Part shown: in pieces, positions 10,997-22,839 of the stretch
Numbering within the stretch: position 1 is the first letter of the stretch
How the letters are laid out: the number at the start of each line of letters is the position of its first letter
Source of the DNA: Comamonadaceae bacterium
GTDB taxonomy: Bacteria > Pseudomonadota > Gammaproteobacteria > Burkholderiales > Burkholderiaceae_C
Direction: 5' to 3'
DNA: 64,000 nucleotides
Assembly (NCBI GenBank): GCA_007280205.1
Contig: QYPX01000070.1
Span: 7 to 64,006, forward strand
Position numbers and translations under genes: made by a program
Notes under the pieces: generated by a model
Database searches by the model: none
The model's input: only the letters and a program-made list of their open reading frames with translations
Told to the model about the DNA's origin: nothing

Positions 10997-11806
10997 TTAT
11001 AGCCGAGGCACGGCCGGGGACAGGTGCTGGCTCGCACTGGCATGCAAGCAGATAGCCGCCGCTGCGGCAACGTTGAGCGACTCTTCGCCACCAGGCTGGG
11101 CAATGCGAATTTTCAGACTTGCCATCGCTTCAAGTTCGGCGTCAACGCCCTGCCCTTCGTGCCCGAGCGCCCAGGCACAGGGCATGGGCAAAGCATTGCC
11201 ATGCTGTGCCTGATGCAGGTACTCACCCTGATGTGAACTGGTGACGACAATGGGCACCGTCAATTGCAACACCTGAGCAAGCTCTGCCCCTTCGATCAGC
11301 TGCAAGCCCCAATGTGCGCCCATACCCGCACGCAGGACCTTCGGGCTCCACAACGCAGCCGTGCCTTTGAGGGCAATGATTTGTGTGAAACCAAAAGCCG
11401 AGGCACTGCGCAAAATGGAACCCACATTGCCGGCGTCCTGAACCCGATCCAGAATGACGGAAGCGACCTTTGGCTGCACAGCCCTGGGCGGCGGCAGTTC
11501 AAACACAAAACCGACGCTGGCAGGCGAGTCCAGAACACCAATATCTGCGAACAGGGTGTCGGCTATGACGATGTTCTTGTTGGCTGCCCGGGTCCATGCC
11601 GACGGCGCAACGGGCCAGAAGGACTCTGAAAAAATGGCGACGACTGGCTTGGCTCTGCGTGCCAGCGCGGCAGCACACAAGTGTTCACCCTCGACCCAGA
11701 ATCTACCCTGTTTACGGTAGGCCGTGCTGTCCTGCGACAAGCGCCGCAGATCTTTTAGAAAAGCGTTGTCACGCGAACTGATGAGTAGAAATGGCGCCTG
11801 GCTCAT
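10997..11806 (-). CDS. TrmH/SpoU family RNA methyltransferase
   Basis: [39 protein letters not shown] motifs. ATG 11806 overlaps the rnhB stop (ATGA). Confidence 0.9.
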   Translation of the reverse strand: MSQAPFLLISSRDNAFLKDLRRLSQDSTAYRKQGRFWVEGEHLCAAALARRAKPVVAIFSESFWPVAPSAWTRAANKNIVIADTLFADIGVLDSPASVGFVFELPPPRAVQPKVASVILDRVQDAGNVGSILRSASAFGFTQIIALKGTAALWSPKVLRAGMGAHWGLQLIEGAELAQVLQLTVPIVVTSSHQGEYLHQAQHGNALPMPCAWALGHEGQGVDAELEAMASLKIRIAQPGGEESLNVAAAAAICLHASASQHLSPAVPRL

Positions 11807-12420
11807 CGCATGGCCTCGGCTACCGGTCGGAAGGTCTTGCGATGCTGCGGACAGGCCCCGTGCAGGCGCAACGCCTCGAGATGCTCGGCGGTTCCATAGC
11901 CTTTGTGCTTTGCAAAACCGTACTGAGGGAACTGCCGGTCGTACTCGACACACCAGCGATCACGCTGTACCTTGGCCAGGATCGATGCCGCCGAAATGGC
12001 AGGCACCAGACTGTCACCTTTGACAATCGCCTCTCCCATCACATCGAGCAGCGGCAGCCGATTGCCATCCACCAGCACCTTCACCGGCTTGAGACGCAAA
12101 CCGTCGACCGCACGACGCATGGCCAGCAGGGTTGCCTGCAGGATATTGAGTTGTTCGATTTCCTCCACACTCGCCTCGGCGATCGAACAGCACAGCGCCT
12201 TGGCACGAATTTCATCAAACAGTTTTTCACGACGCAAGGCAGTCAGGGTCTTGGAATCGGCCAATCCCTTGATCAGTTGACAGTCGTCCAGAATCACGGC
12301 TGCAGCCACCACCGGCCCCGCCAGCGGGCCTCGACCGGCCTCGTCAACGCCTGCCACGAGACCGGGAATGTCCCAATTCAGGCAGGCTTGTTCAGCTTTG
12401 AAGTACTTGCTCGATCGCAT
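11803..12420 (-). CDS. rnhB: Ribonuclease HII
   Basis: [36 protein letters not shown]. Confidence 0.96.
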   Translation of the reverse strand: MRSSKYFKAEQACLNWDIPGLVAGVDEAGRGPLAGPVVAAAVILDDCQLIKGLADSKTLTALRREKLFDEIRAKALCCSIAEASVEEIEQLNILQATLLAMRRAVDGLRLKPVKVLVDGNRLPLLDVMGEAIVKGDSLVPAISAASILAKVQRDRWCVEYDRQFPQYGFAKHKGYGTAEHLEALRLHGACPQHRKTFRPVAEAMR

Positions 12421-13525
12421 GGGTAGCCAGTTCGGGGGTGTTGCGCTGGAGTTGCTGATGCAACTGCAAGAACCGTTGCTGTAGTTGGACAACCTTCTGC
12501 GGGGCATCCAGCCACGCCAACACTGCATCGGACAACGCCTGTGGCGTGGCCGCCTCCTGCAGCAATTCCGGCACGACAAAATCCTCACACAGGATATTGG
12601 GCAAGCCCACCCAGGGCTGCAGTCTTTTGCGCCGCATGATTTGCCATGACCACCACGCCATATGGTAGGCAATCACCATCGGGCGCTTGAACAGGGCCGC
12701 CTCCAGCGTAGCGGTGCCGCTGGCGATGAGGGTGACGTCACAGGCGGCCAGAGGCGTGTGAGACTGCCCCTCGACAATTCGCAGATTGCGCGTCAGTGCA
12801 CTGTCACGCGCCGCCCGTTCAATTTCCGCCTTCAGGCCAGGCGCCGCCGGGACGACAAACTGAATTGCTGGACGCTGCTGTTGCATTCGCACTGCAGCTT
12901 GAAAAAACCGGCCTGCCAGGTGGCTTATTTCTGATTGGCGACTGCCAGGCAGGATGGCCACCACGGACGCGGCCTCAGACAACCCCAAAGCCCGACGAGC
13001 TGCGGCTCGGTCCGGCTCGATCGGAATCACATTGGCGAGCGGGTGACCTACATAGGTGGCCGCAATCCCATGCTGCGCCAGCAGCGCAGGCTCGAATGGA
13101 AAGATGCATAGCACATGATCCACACTGCGACGGATCTTTTCGATGCGCTCGGGACGCCAGGCCCAGACCGACGGTGAAACGAAGTGCACCGTCTTGATGC
13201 TTTTGGCCTTCAGGGCCGCTTCAAGGCCAAGGTTGAAATCCGGTGCATCGACACCGATGAACAGATCTGGGCGCTCGCGCAACAGGCGAACCTTGAGTTG
13301 CTCCCGAATGCCAACAATCTCCCGGTAGCGACGCAGGACCTCCCAGCCATAGCCATGTACCGACAGCTTATGGTGTGGCCACCAGGCCTGAAATCCGCGA
13401 CTTGCCATCTGTGGTCCACCAATGCCGCTCGCATTCAGGGCAGGCCAGCGCTCACGCAAACCGTCAAGCAGCAAGGCAGCCAGCATGTCACCCGAGGTTT
13501 CGCCGGCGACCATGCCGATCTTCAT
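12392..13525 (-). CDS. lpxB: Lipid-A-disaccharide synthase
   Basis: [34 protein letters not shown]. Confidence 0.97.
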   Translation of the reverse strand: MKIGMVAGETSGDMLAALLLDGLRERWPALNASGIGGPQMASRGFQAWWPHHKLSVHGYGWEVLRRYREIVGIREQLKVRLLRERPDLFIGVDAPDFNLGLEAALKAKSIKTVHFVSPSVWAWRPERIEKIRRSVDHVLCIFPFEPALLAQHGIAATYVGHPLANVIPIEPDRAAARRALGLSEAASVVAILPGSRQSEISHLAGRFFQAAVRMQQQRPAIQFVVPAAPGLKAEIERAARDSALTRNLRIVEGQSHTPLAACDVTLIASGTATLEAALFKRPMVIAYHMAWWSWQIMRRKRLQPWVGLPNILCEDFVVPELLQEAATPQALSDAVLAWLDAPQKVVQLQQRFLQLHQQLQRNTPELATHAIEQVLQS

Positions 13526-13526
13526 G

Positions 13527-14321
13527 TCAACGCACGATTCCGCGCTGTGGCGACGATTGTTCGAGGAACGAAAGCATCATTTGGACATCTGCCAAAGACT
13601 CAGGGTGCTGCGTGGGCAAGTCTGCAATGCGTTGCCGTGCCAGTTGCAGCGTCAGGTCTTCGCGGTAGAGCGCCTTGTGCATGGCTTTGACCACCGCCAC
13701 CCGCTCGACCGAGAAATCTCGTCGACGCAGGCCAATGCTGTTGACACCCCGCACCGCGAGTGGGTTGCCATCCACGAGCATGTAAGGCGGAACATCCTGC
13801 GCTACGGCACTGGCAAAACCAACCATGGCGTGTGCACCAACCTTCACAAATTGGTGAACACCTGTGAGCCCGCCAATCGTCACCCACTCCCCCAAATGCA
13901 CATGCCCCCCCAGTGTGGTGTTGTTCGCCAGCGTCGTATGGTTCGCGATCTGGCAGTCGTGGGCCACGTGGGTGTAGGCCATGATCCAGTTATCGTCACC
14001 GATTCTTGTTACGCCAAGATCACCGGGAGATCCAATGTTGAAGGTACAAAACTCGCGAATCGTGTTGCGGTCACCAATCAAAAGCCCACAGGGCTCTCCC
14101 TGGTACTTCTTGTCCTGCGGAATAGCACCCAGTGAATTGAACTGGAATATCCGGTTTTCACGTCCGATGCTCGTGTGGCCTTCGATTACACAATGTGCCC
14201 CAATGCTGGTTCCGGCACCGACCTTGACGTGGGGACCGATCAGCGTATAGGCGCCGATGCTGACAGATTCGTCAAGCTCGGCGCCTGGGTCAATGATCGC
14301 CGTTGCATGAATCGCCGTCAT
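13527..14321 (-). CDS. lpxA: UDP-N-acetylglucosamine O-acyltransferase
   Basis: Hexapeptide repeats, PQDKKY, HVAHDC; operon position. Confidence 0.97.
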   Translation of the reverse strand: MTAIHATAIIDPGAELDESVSIGAYTLIGPHVKVGAGTSIGAHCVIEGHTSIGRENRIFQFNSLGAIPQDKKYQGEPCGLLIGDRNTIREFCTFNIGSPGDLGVTRIGDDNWIMAYTHVAHDCQIANHTTLANNTTLGGHVHLGEWVTIGGLTGVHQFVKVGAHAMVGFASAVAQDVPPYMLVDGNPLAVRGVNSIGLRRRDFSVERVAVVKAMHKALYREDLTLQLARQRIADLPTQHPESLADVQMMLSFLEQSSPQRGIVR

Positions 14322-14331
14322 GCCACACCTC

Positions 14332-14772
14332 TTACTTGATGGAGCGCATGGCGCAGGTCAGTTCTGCCTCCACGGCGATATCAGTGCCAACCAACGCGCG
14401 CGTCTTGAACTTGAAGATGCCCGCCTTCATGCGCAATATCTGTGCTTCCAGAATCAATTGGTCTCCAGGCTCGACGGGGCGCCGGAAGCGCACCCCTTCC
14501 ATGCCGGCAAAGTAGTAAATCATCTTGTCGTCCGGCAAAGCGTCCATTGCATCAAACGACAGCAGGGCTGACGCCTGGGCCAGCGCTTCCAGCATCAGCA
14601 CCCCAGGCATGACAGGACGATTCGGAAAATGTCCCTCGAAAAATGGCTCATTGATGGTGACATTCTTCAACGCTCTGATGCTCTTGCCCTTGTCGATTTC
14701 AAGGACGCGATCCACCAACAAGAATGGATAGCGGTGCGGCAGTTGTTTGAGAATTTTGTGGATATCCATCAT
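14332..14772 (-). CDS. fabZ: 3-hydroxyacyl-ACP dehydratase
   Basis: [32 protein letters not shown]. Confidence 0.98.
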   Translation of the reverse strand: MMDIHKILKQLPHRYPFLLVDRVLEIDKGKSIRALKNVTINEPFFEGHFPNRPVMPGVLMLEALAQASALLSFDAMDALPDDKMIYYFAGMEGVRFRRPVEPGDQLILEAQILRMKAGIFKFKTRALVGTDIAVEAELTCAMRSIK

Positions 14773-14784
14773 GCTTGGTATGAC

Positions 14785-15765
14785 TCAATGTTCATTTCTT
14801 GGTTTTTTCTCCAGGGACCGGATCCGGTCGCGCAAACCGTGCAACTGCTTCAGTGAAGCTGCGTTTTTCTCCCAGGCAGCATTGTCGTCAATCGGGAAGA
14901 TGCCCGTGTAGTGTCCAGCCTTGCGGATCGAACGCATCACGACGGTGGCCGCCGAAATATTGACACCGTCCGCCAGCACGAGGTGGCCAAGCACGATCGC
15001 CCCGCCACCAATAGTACAGTTCGCACCAATGGTCGCACTTCCAGCGACACCGACGCAGCCAGCCATCGCGGTATTCTTGCCGACCCGCACGTTGTGGCCA
15101 ATCTGGATCAGGTTGTCGAGTTTGACACCGTCTTCAATCACGGTGTCCTGCAACGCGCCGCGGTCGATACAGGTATTGGCACCAATTTCAACATCATCAC
15201 CGATCCTGACGGCTCCCAATTGTTCGATCTTTTCCCAGCCACCGGCGTGCGGTGCAAAGCCAAAGCCGTCGGCACCAATCACAACGCCTGGGTGCAGCAA
15301 ACAACGCTGACCAACCAGGCACCCCTCGCCTACGGTAACGCGTGACTTCAGTTCGGTATCCGCGCCGATTCGGGCGCCCCGCTCGATCACACACAACGCA
15401 CCTATGCGAGCACTCGGATGGACGAAGGCCTGTGGATCTATGACCGCACTTGGATGCCGAAGCACCAGGACAGGCTGTTCGGTGTTCTTCTTCCAGAATT
15501 GTGTAAGACGAGCAAAATACAGATAGGGCTGATCCGACACAATGCAGCAACCGCGCTGCACGGCAGCAGCCTGCATTTGCGGACTCACAATCACGCAAGC
15601 GGCCCTGGACCCCGCCAGTTGATTCTGATAGCGTAGGTTGCTAAGAAAACTCAGGTCAGATGGGCCGGCTGCCTCCAGCGTGGCCAAGCCATTAACGATC
15701 AGGGCACGGTCACCAAAGAGTTCGCCGCCGAGTGCATCAACAATCGAACCCAGACTCAAGCCCAC
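14785..15765 (-). CDS. lpxD: UDP-3-O-acylglucosamine N-acyltransferase
   Basis: [32 protein letters not shown]. Confidence 0.97.
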   Translation of the reverse strand: MGLSLGSIVDALGGELFGDRALIVNGLATLEAAGPSDLSFLSNLRYQNQLAGSRAACVIVSPQMQAAAVQRGCCIVSDQPYLYFARLTQFWKKNTEQPVLVLRHPSAVIDPQAFVHPSARIGALCVIERGARIGADTELKSRVTVGEGCLVGQRCLLHPGVVIGADGFGFAPHAGGWEKIEQLGAVRIGDDVEIGANTCIDRGALQDTVIEDGVKLDNLIQIGHNVRVGKNTAMAGCVGVAGSATIGANCTIGGGAIVLGHLVLADGVNISAATVVMRSIRKAGHYTGIFPIDDNAAWEKNAASLKQLHGLRDRIRSLEKKPRNEH

Positions 15766-15786
15766 TCTTTACATGCCTCAGGTGGT

Positions 15787-16305
15787 TTACTTGACGCCAC
15801 CCGCATTCAGGGATTTGATAACCTTGTCGGTGATGTCATGCTTCGGATTGACATACACAGCCTCTTGCAGGACGAGATCGTACTTTTCGGCCTCGGCAAC
15901 CTGTTTGACGACGCGGTTGGCGCGTTCCAGAACCTGCTGCAGTTCTTCATTCTTTCTGGAGGTCAGATCTTCCTGAAATTCCCGGCGCTTGCGCTGCAAC
16001 TCCCGATCCTGATCCAGCAACTGTTTTTGACGAACTGTCTTTTGCCCTTCTGGCAAGGTCGGCCCTTCGCGCTCGAACTTGTCAACCATCGCCTTCATGG
16101 TGGTGGTCAGATCAACGATGTCCTTTTCGCGCTTGGAAAACTCCTGCTCCAGTTTGGCCTGCGCTGCCTTGGCGGTACTCGCCTCCTTGAAAATACGATC
16201 GGTACTGACGAATCCGATTCGAAACTCCTGCGCCTGAACCGGAGCCAGTGCCAGCAAGCCACCAAATACCATGCCGGCAACGCATTGACGTAATAAATCG
16301 TTCAT
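15787..16305 (-). CDS. skp: Periplasmic chaperone Skp/OmpH
   Basis: Signal peptide, coiled coil, DITDKVI terminus; lies between bamA and lpxD. Confidence 0.93.
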   Translation of the reverse strand: MNDLLRQCVAGMVFGGLLALAPVQAQEFRIGFVSTDRIFKEASTAKAAQAKLEQEFSKREKDIVDLTTTMKAMVDKFEREGPTLPEGQKTVRQKQLLDQDRELQRKRREFQEDLTSRKNEELQQVLERANRVVKQVAEAEKYDLVLQEAVYVNPKHDITDKVIKSLNAGGVK

Positions 16306-18596
16306 TAGAAATTCGTCCCAATCTGAAATTGCATGTTTTGTATTTTATCGCCATCAAACTTCTTGATCGGCTTGGCAAATGCCAGTCGCAAGGGCCCCAT
16401 GGGTGAGATCCAGCTGACACCGACCCCAACCGAGGCGCGCAGGTTGTTCGCGTAGGGATTGACGCCGTCCGGACCAGCCACACCGCCAACATCGGCAAAA
16501 GCGTACATCCTCAAGGTCCGGTCATTGCCCGACCCCGGGAAGGGCGACAACAACTCCAGGTTCAAATTGAGCTTGCTGGACCCGCCCACCGCGACGCCAC
16601 TGGCATCCTGCGGACCCAGGCTGCCCTGCTCGAAACCGCGCACCGAGCCCAGACCGCCGCCGAAGAACTTCTTGAACACGGGAAACGAACGATCTCCAGG
16701 TGCCATCCCCCAGCCCACTTCGCCATTGAATGCAACAGTAAACTGTTTATTCAGCGGAATAAACTGCTGGTACTGGTAAGTGGTGCGCAGATAACGCGCC
16801 TCACCTGCAACTGACCACTCGGCATAGGCACGCTGGAAGCGGCCGGAATTGGGAGAAAGTGCGCTATCCCGGCTGTCACGGGCCCAGCCTGCGGTAAATG
16901 GAATCGCCATGCTGGCGTAACCATACTGATTGGCATACGCCATATAAGAAGTTGGCAAGGCCGTACCGGGCACAATCGTCGTCTTCTCGATTCCGGCACC
17001 GAAATAGACCGTATCGATCTCGGTAAACGGCACGCCGAAGCGCATGCTTCCACCAGACGATACGAGTTGATAGTAATCTTGATCCTGGTAGGGGCTGCTT
17101 GACTTGTGGTACAGATCAATGGTTCGTGAAACGCCATCCTGCGTGAAATAGGGGTCTGTTGTATTGAACACGACGACACGATTGATCTTGCTGGTATTGA
17201 TTTGCACACCAAGCGAATTGCCTGAGCCAAATGCGTTGTCCTGTTTCAGACCGAATGAAAGCCCCAGGCCATCGGCACTGGAAAAACCGGCTCCAAGGCT
17301 CAGACTGCCGGTCGGCTTGTCAACCACGTTGATCGTCAGGTCCACCTGATCCGGTGAGCCAGCCACTTCCTGGGTCTCGATGCCAACTTCCTTGAAGTAG
17401 CCCAGGCGATCGACCCGGTCACGTGACAAGCGGATTTTTTCGCCGTCATACCATGAAGCCTCAAACTGCCGAAATTCGCGGCGCACGACGACGTCACGCG
17501 TCCGGCTGTTGCCCACCACGTTGATTTTGCGCACATAGGCCCGCCGCGACGGGTCGGCCTGCAGAACCAGAACCACCCGGTTGTTGACCCGATCAATTTC
17601 CGGACGCGCAATAACGCGGGCAAAAGCAAATCCGAAATTTCCGAAATAGTCGGTGAAGGCCTTGGTGGTCCTGACCACCTCATCGGCGTTATAGGCCTGC
17701 CCCGGCTGAATCGTTACCAGCGACTTGAATTCATCCTCTCTGCCAAGAAAGTTACCTTCGAGTTTGACGCCACTGACGACAAAGCGATCACCTTCGTTAA
17801 CATTGATGGTGATCGCAATATCCGTCTTGTTGGGCAGTATGGCAACCTGCGTCGAATCAACTTTGAACTCGATGTAGCCGCGGGTCAGGTAGTGGGAGCG
17901 CAAAGTTTCGATGTCGGCATTGAGTTTGGCACGGGAATAGCGATCGGACTTGGTGTACCAGCTCAGCCATCCGCCGGTATCAAGGTCAAACAGGCTGCGC
18001 AACGTGGACTCGCCAAACACCTGGTTGCCAACAATCCGGATTTCGCTGATCTTGGCCGGGTCACCCTCGACCACCGTAAAAGTCAGATTGACCCGGTTGC
18101 GCTCCGCCGGCGTAACCGTTGACACCACTTCAGCGGCGTACAGGCTGCGATTGATGTACTGGCGCTTGAGTTCCTGCTCGGCGCGATCGAGTTGCGCCTT
18201 GTCAAAAGGTCTGCCGTCAGCCAGCCCCACATCCCTGAGCGCTTTCTTGAGCACATCCTTGTCAAATTCCTTGGTTCCCACAAAGTCAACGTCAGCAATC
18301 GTGGGCCGCTCCTCCACCAGAATCACAAGCACGTCACCACTGACTTCAATTCGCACGTCCTTGAACAAACCCAGATCGAACAAGGCACGGATCGCCGAAG
18401 TACCTTTCTCGTCGTTGTAGACATCTCCAACCCGAACCGGCAGCGATACAAAAATGGTTCCTGGCTCGACACGTTGCAAACCCTCAATGCGAATATCGCG
18501 CACCGTAAAAGGGTTGATGGCCCACGCCGAGCCCACCATGAAAGTCAGACAGGCCGCAGCCGAAACAGTGCGCGGAAAAAAGCGATTGAATTGCAT
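16305..18596 (-). CDS. bamA: Outer membrane protein assembly factor BamA
   Basis: POTRA repeats (IRIEGLQRV), VRGF motif, C-terminal FQIGTNF. Confidence 0.97.
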   Translation of the reverse strand: MQFNRFFPRTVSAAACLTFMVGSAWAINPFTVRDIRIEGLQRVEPGTIFVSLPVRVGDVYNDEKGTSAIRALFDLGLFKDVRIEVSGDVLVILVEERPTIADVDFVGTKEFDKDVLKKALRDVGLADGRPFDKAQLDRAEQELKRQYINRSLYAAEVVSTVTPAERNRVNLTFTVVEGDPAKISEIRIVGNQVFGESTLRSLFDLDTGGWLSWYTKSDRYSRAKLNADIETLRSHYLTRGYIEFKVDSTQVAILPNKTDIAITINVNEGDRFVVSGVKLEGNFLGREDEFKSLVTIQPGQAYNADEVVRTTKAFTDYFGNFGFAFARVIARPEIDRVNNRVVLVLQADPSRRAYVRKINVVGNSRTRDVVVRREFRQFEASWYDGEKIRLSRDRVDRLGYFKEVGIETQEVAGSPDQVDLTINVVDKPTGSLSLGAGFSSADGLGLSFGLKQDNAFGSGNSLGVQINTSKINRVVVFNTTDPYFTQDGVSRTIDLYHKSSSPYQDQDYYQLVSSGGSMRFGVPFTEIDTVYFGAGIEKTTIVPGTALPTSYMAYANQYGYASMAIPFTAGWARDSRDSALSPNSGRFQRAYAEWSVAGEARYLRTTYQYQQFIPLNKQFTVAFNGEVGWGMAPGDRSFPVFKKFFGGGLGSVRGFEQGSLGPQDASGVAVGGSSKLNLNLELLSPFPGSGNDRTLRMYAFADVGGVAGPDGVNPYANNLRASVGVGVSWISPMGPLRLAFAKPIKKFDGDKIQNMQFQIGTNF

Positions 18597-18644
18597 TTTT
18601 ATATTGAAAAGTCAAACCAGTGCTGAACAATTGACACCAGACGT

Positions 18645-20006
18645 TTAGCCAAAAAGTCGGTTGATGTCGTTGAAAATCGCAATTGACATCATGACCAACA
18701 GAACCGCGAAGCCACCCCGCTGCAGACGCTCCATCGATACGTCGGAGACAGGTTTGCCCGTAATCCACTCCCAAAGATAATACATCAGGTGACCACCATC
18801 GAGCAGCGGCAGCGGCAGCAGGTTCAAAACCCCCAAACTCACGCTGATCAAGGCCAGAAACAACAGGTACTGAGTCCATCCCAGGCTGGCGGACTTTCCG
18901 GCGTAATCCGCGATGGTCAAGGGACCACTCAGATTCTTGAGCGAAGCATTGCCCAGCAACATCTTTCCCATCATCTTGACCGTCAGTAGACCGACTTCAC
19001 TACTGCGAATGACGGCGCGCCACAAACCATCGAGCGGACCGTACTGGACAAGCACTGTTTCAGGCGCTGCGCCCACATAGGCCCCGATTTTCCCAATCCA
19101 GAGCCCGCCCTCAAGTTGTCGCTCAGGTTTGACCATGATGACAAAATCGACCCCAGCGCGCTCGATTTTCCACTGCGATGGCTTCGCTTCGCCGCCGGCC
19201 GCCGACGCCCTGATGAACTGACGCAACTGCCGCCCATCCAATACTGCCACCGAGTCGATCTGCCGCACGACATCGCCGTTTAGCAAACCGGCTTTGTCGG
19301 CCGCTGCACCAGCCTTGATACCCCCCATGACCGGTCGGCTGAACGGACCAAGCAGACCAATTTGCCGGAACAAGTCGACATTGACCTCGCTCGAATCAAC
19401 GGCGCTCAATGGAAGCAGAACTTCACGGCGTGGTCCGCGCGCCCCGTCAGTCAGTTGCAGACGCAGATCCTGCTTTTCGAGGGCCGCGCGGGTCAGCAAC
19501 CAATGAACCTCCTCATACGACTGAATCTCTTGCAGTTCCGCCCCTTCAAAACCGCCGCGCACGACCCTTTCCCCCCCCGTCAATCCCGCACGTGCGGCGA
19601 TAGACCCGGTCTCGGGACTGGCCAGGATCGCCGCCGGCAGCTGCTCTCCACTCCAATGGACCACTGCGTACAGCAGGACAGCCAATAGCAGGTTGGCAAC
19701 CGGCCCGGCCACCACGATGGCGACGCGCGCCAACAGGGGTTGAGCGTTGAAGGCCTGATGCCTTTCTTCGACGCGAACCGGGGCCTCTCGCTCGTCGAGC
19801 ATCTTCACGTAACCCCCCAGTGGAAAGGCGCCGAGCACAAACTCGGTAGGTGAGCCTTGGCGTTGCCAACGAACCAGCGGCTTGCCAAATCCAACCGAAA
19901 AGCGCAGGACCCTGACTCCGCAAAGCACTGCCACCCCGTAGTGCCCAAATTCATGCACTGCTATCAGCAGTCCCAGGGCGAGGGCAAACCAGACCAGCGT
20001 CAGCAT
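18645..20006 (-). CDS. rseP: RIP metalloprotease RseP
   Basis: HEFGH, GGYVKM, PDZ domains, NLLPLPLLDGG. Confidence 0.96.
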   Translation of the reverse strand: MLTLVWFALALGLLIAVHEFGHYGVAVLCGVRVLRFSVGFGKPLVRWQRQGSPTEFVLGAFPLGGYVKMLDEREAPVRVEERHQAFNAQPLLARVAIVVAGPVANLLLAVLLYAVVHWSGEQLPAAILASPETGSIAARAGLTGGERVVRGGFEGAELQEIQSYEEVHWLLTRAALEKQDLRLQLTDGARGPRREVLLPLSAVDSSEVNVDLFRQIGLLGPFSRPVMGGIKAGAAADKAGLLNGDVVRQIDSVAVLDGRQLRQFIRASAAGGEAKPSQWKIERAGVDFVIMVKPERQLEGGLWIGKIGAYVGAAPETVLVQYGPLDGLWRAVIRSSEVGLLTVKMMGKMLLGNASLKNLSGPLTIADYAGKSASLGWTQYLLFLALISVSLGVLNLLPLPLLDGGHLMYYLWEWITGKPVSDVSMERLQRGGFAVLLVMMSIAIFNDINRLFG

Positions 20007-20024
20007 GCTGAGATCAAGGTGACG

Positions 20025-21239
20025 TCATCCATTCGGGAGACGTGTGATGACCTGCCTGGCCGCTCGACGCGACTGCGCATCGAGCATCAACAACTCCTCC
20101 AGCGACTGCGGTGCAGCAGCGCTAACGGATTCCAGTGTTGCAAGATTGACAGCGTGAATCTGATCAAAGCGGATTTCTCCATCCAGGAACGCCGCTACGC
20201 CGATTTCATTGGCAGCATTCAGGATGGCCGTGGTACCTGCAGGTGCATTCAGAACCGACCAGGCCAGCTTCAATCCCGGAAAGCGCTGCTCATGGCGGTT
20301 CGAACCCAATGACTCGAACGTCATGTCCGGCATGGCTCCGAAATCAAGTGCTGCTGCCCCTGACTGCATTCGATCGGGCCAGGACAGCCCATAAGCGATC
20401 GGAACCTTCATGTCGGGCGTACCAAGCTGCGCCACCACCGAGTTGTCCCTGTACTGCACCATGGAATGGATAACACTCTGCGGGTGAATCACGACCTCGA
20501 TTTGCTCGGGTCTGACGTTAAACAGGAAGCGCGCCTCGATCACTTCCAGCGCCTTGTTCATCATGGTCGCGGAATCAACGGAGATCTTCCGTCCCATCAC
20601 CCAGTTGGGATGAGCGCAAGCCTGCTGCGGCGTCACATCACGAAGCGCGAGCGGGTCTGAGAGTCGAAATGGCCCACCCGACGCCGTAAGAATAATCTTG
20701 TCGATTTGATCTGGCCAGACGGCGCAGTCATCCGGAAGCGATTGAAAAATGGCCGAATGCTCACTGTCAATCGGTAGCAGTTTGGCGCCACCGAGCGCCA
20801 CGGCCCGCATAAAGTAGTCGCCGCCGACCACCAGCGCCTCCTTGTTCGCCAGCAGCAAGCGCTTGCCAGCCCGTGCGGCTGCCAGGCAGGAGGCCAGTCC
20901 GGCAGCCCCGACAATGGCAGCCATCACGACATCCGCCATTTCGTGCTCGGCAATCATGGCGATCGCCTGCGCGCCCCACAGAACCCGGGTACTCAGGTTC
21001 AGGCTGCGGCACTTCTGCGCCAGTTCGCGCCCGTGCAGTTCACTGGCCATGACGGCAAACATCGGTTTGAACTCGACGCACTGACGCAGCAACAGCTCAA
21101 GTTGGGTGGCCGCGCTCAGGGCAAACACTTCGAACCGTCGCGGATGGCGCGCGATCACAGCAAGCGTATTGACACCGATCGATCCGGTCGAACCCAGTAT
21201 CACGACACGCTTCTTGGGCGCTTCAACAAGATCAGCCAT
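20025..21239 (-). CDS. dxr: 1-deoxy-D-xylulose-5-phosphate reductoisomerase
   Basis: LGSTGSIG, LANKE, PIDSEH, HPNWVMGRKISVDSATM. Confidence 0.97.
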   Translation of the reverse strand: MADLVEAPKKRVVILGSTGSIGVNTLAVIARHPRRFEVFALSAATQLELLLRQCVEFKPMFAVMASELHGRELAQKCRSLNLSTRVLWGAQAIAMIAEHEMADVVMAAIVGAAGLASCLAAARAGKRLLLANKEALVVGGDYFMRAVALGGAKLLPIDSEHSAIFQSLPDDCAVWPDQIDKIILTASGGPFRLSDPLALRDVTPQQACAHPNWVMGRKISVDSATMMNKALEVIEARFLFNVRPEQIEVVIHPQSVIHSMVQYRDNSVVAQLGTPDMKVPIAYGLSWPDRMQSGAAALDFGAMPDMTFESLGSNRHEQRFPGLKLAWSVLNAPAGTTAILNAANEIGVAAFLDGEIRFDQIHAVNLATLESVSAAAPQSLEELLMLDAQSRRAARQVITRLPNG

Positions 21240-21247
21240 GGTTGCTT

Positions 21248-22093
21248 TCAGAAAGAGAAAAGCATCATCGCCAAAGGCAGCGTCGGCAGAAGTGCATCGA
21301 CCCGGTCCAGCACGCCACCATGACCCGGCAGCAAACCGCTGCTGTCCTTCACGCCGGCACTGCGTTTGACCAGCGATTCGAACAAATCACCGACCACGCT
21401 CATCGCAGCGAGGAACAAGGCACCGACAAGCAACAGCCAGGCACCATGACTGCCCAGGTGACTGAACAGACTGGGAACGGTGGCGGCGTAGACCTTGTCA
21501 GCCGCCTGCCAGCCAAACGCCAAAGCGAGCACCCCGATCATGCCGCCCCAAACCCCCTCCCAACTCTTGCCGGGACTGATGCTGGGCGCCAGCTTTGCGC
21601 GGCTGAACCGACCACCCAGTGCACGCCCGGCAAAGTAGGCAAAGATGTCCGCCACCCACACCAACAGCAAAATGGAGAGCAGAAAATTGACCCCCACGAT
21701 CCTGGCTTGCGCCACTGCCAGCCAGGCCAGCCACAAGGCCACAAGGCCCGCAAGCTGGCGCAGTGTGCGCGAGTGACCGGCCCAGGCAGCCACGCCCCGG
21801 TGCAATACCCACGCGCCTGCGAGAACCCAGCAAGCGCCTGTAACGATCCACAACAGGGTCAATGACTGCTCCAACATGCCGAGCCACCAACTCGCCGCAC
21901 ATGACAGCAGACAAAGCAGACCCGACAGCAATGCGGGCGCCTGACTGTAACCATTGAGCCGTGCCCACTCCCAGGCGGCAACGCCTATGAGCACCATCGC
22001 AACCATGCAAAAAGGCAATGCTGTTCTGTAAAACAGAGCTGGCAGCAAGATCAAGAGCATCACAACTGCAGTGATAACACGCTGTTTGAGCAT
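21248..22093 (-). CDS. cdsA: Phosphatidate cytidylyltransferase
   Basis: SPGKSWEG, GDLFESLVKR..GVKDS..LPGHGGVLDRVD. Confidence 0.96.
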   Translation of the reverse strand: MLKQRVITAVVMLLILLPALFYRTALPFCMVAMVLIGVAAWEWARLNGYSQAPALLSGLLCLLSCAASWWLGMLEQSLTLLWIVTGACWVLAGAWVLHRGVAAWAGHSRTLRQLAGLVALWLAWLAVAQARIVGVNFLLSILLLVWVADIFAYFAGRALGGRFSRAKLAPSISPGKSWEGVWGGMIGVLALAFGWQAADKVYAATVPSLFSHLGSHGAWLLLVGALFLAAMSVVGDLFESLVKRSAGVKDSSGLLPGHGGVLDRVDALLPTLPLAMMLFSF

Positions 22094-22102
22094 CGGTCCG
22101 CC

Positions 22103-22825
22103 TTAGCCCACAACTGGCGCTACGATAGTGGGCGGCAGCTGATCGGATGTCTTGCCAAACCGTCTCTGCCGCTTGCTGTAGGACTCAATAGCCAGGTCGA
22201 GTTCTGCCTCGTCAAATTCTGGCCAGAGTCGCTCGCTGAAGTAGAGTTCGGAATAAGCGGCTTGCCACAGCAGGAAATTACTGATCCGCTGCTCTGCTCC
22301 AGTGCGAATCACCAGATCCGGATCGGCCACATGAGCCATCGCCATGGCGGCGCCAAGATTTTCCTCCGTGACTGGTTTGCCCTGTTCTGCCAATTTCCTG
22401 GCAGCCTGAACAATATCCCAGCGTCCGCCGTAATTGAAACAGATATTGAGAATCAGACGGGAATTGGAAGCAGTGGCGCGTTCCGCGCTTTCAATACCAG
22501 CCACCAACTTTTCCGACAAGCCCAGTCGGTCACCAACAAAATGCAGTTGAACGCCATCGGCGTGAAGTTTTGGCACCTCTCTGCCCAGCGCCACGGCGAA
22601 CAGTGACATCAGGCCGGAGACCTCTTCGGTCGGACGATTCCAGTTCTCCGACGAAAACGCAAAAACGGTCAACACGCCAACACCGCGCTGCGCGCAGGCC
22701 TTGACACAGCGACGCAGTGAAGCCACTCCCTGCTTATGGCCCGCCACGCGTGGCAGAAAGCGTTTGGCCGCCCAACGCCCATTGCCATCCATCACAACGG
22801 CGATGTGGTGCGGGACCTGATTCAT
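22103..22825 (-). CDS. uppS: Undecaprenyl diphosphate synthase
   Basis: HIAVVMDGNGRWA, FSSENWNR, RISNFLLWQ. Confidence 0.97.
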   Translation of the reverse strand: MNQVPHHIAVVMDGNGRWAAKRFLPRVAGHKQGVASLRRCVKACAQRGVGVLTVFAFSSENWNRPTEEVSGLMSLFAVALGREVPKLHADGVQLHFVGDRLGLSEKLVAGIESAERATASNSRLILNICFNYGGRWDIVQAARKLAEQGKPVTEENLGAAMAMAHVADPDLVIRTGAEQRISNFLLWQAAYSELYFSERLWPEFDEAELDLAIESYSKRQRRFGKTSDQLPPTIVAPVVG

Positions 22826-22839
22826 GGGTGCAGCGGCAT

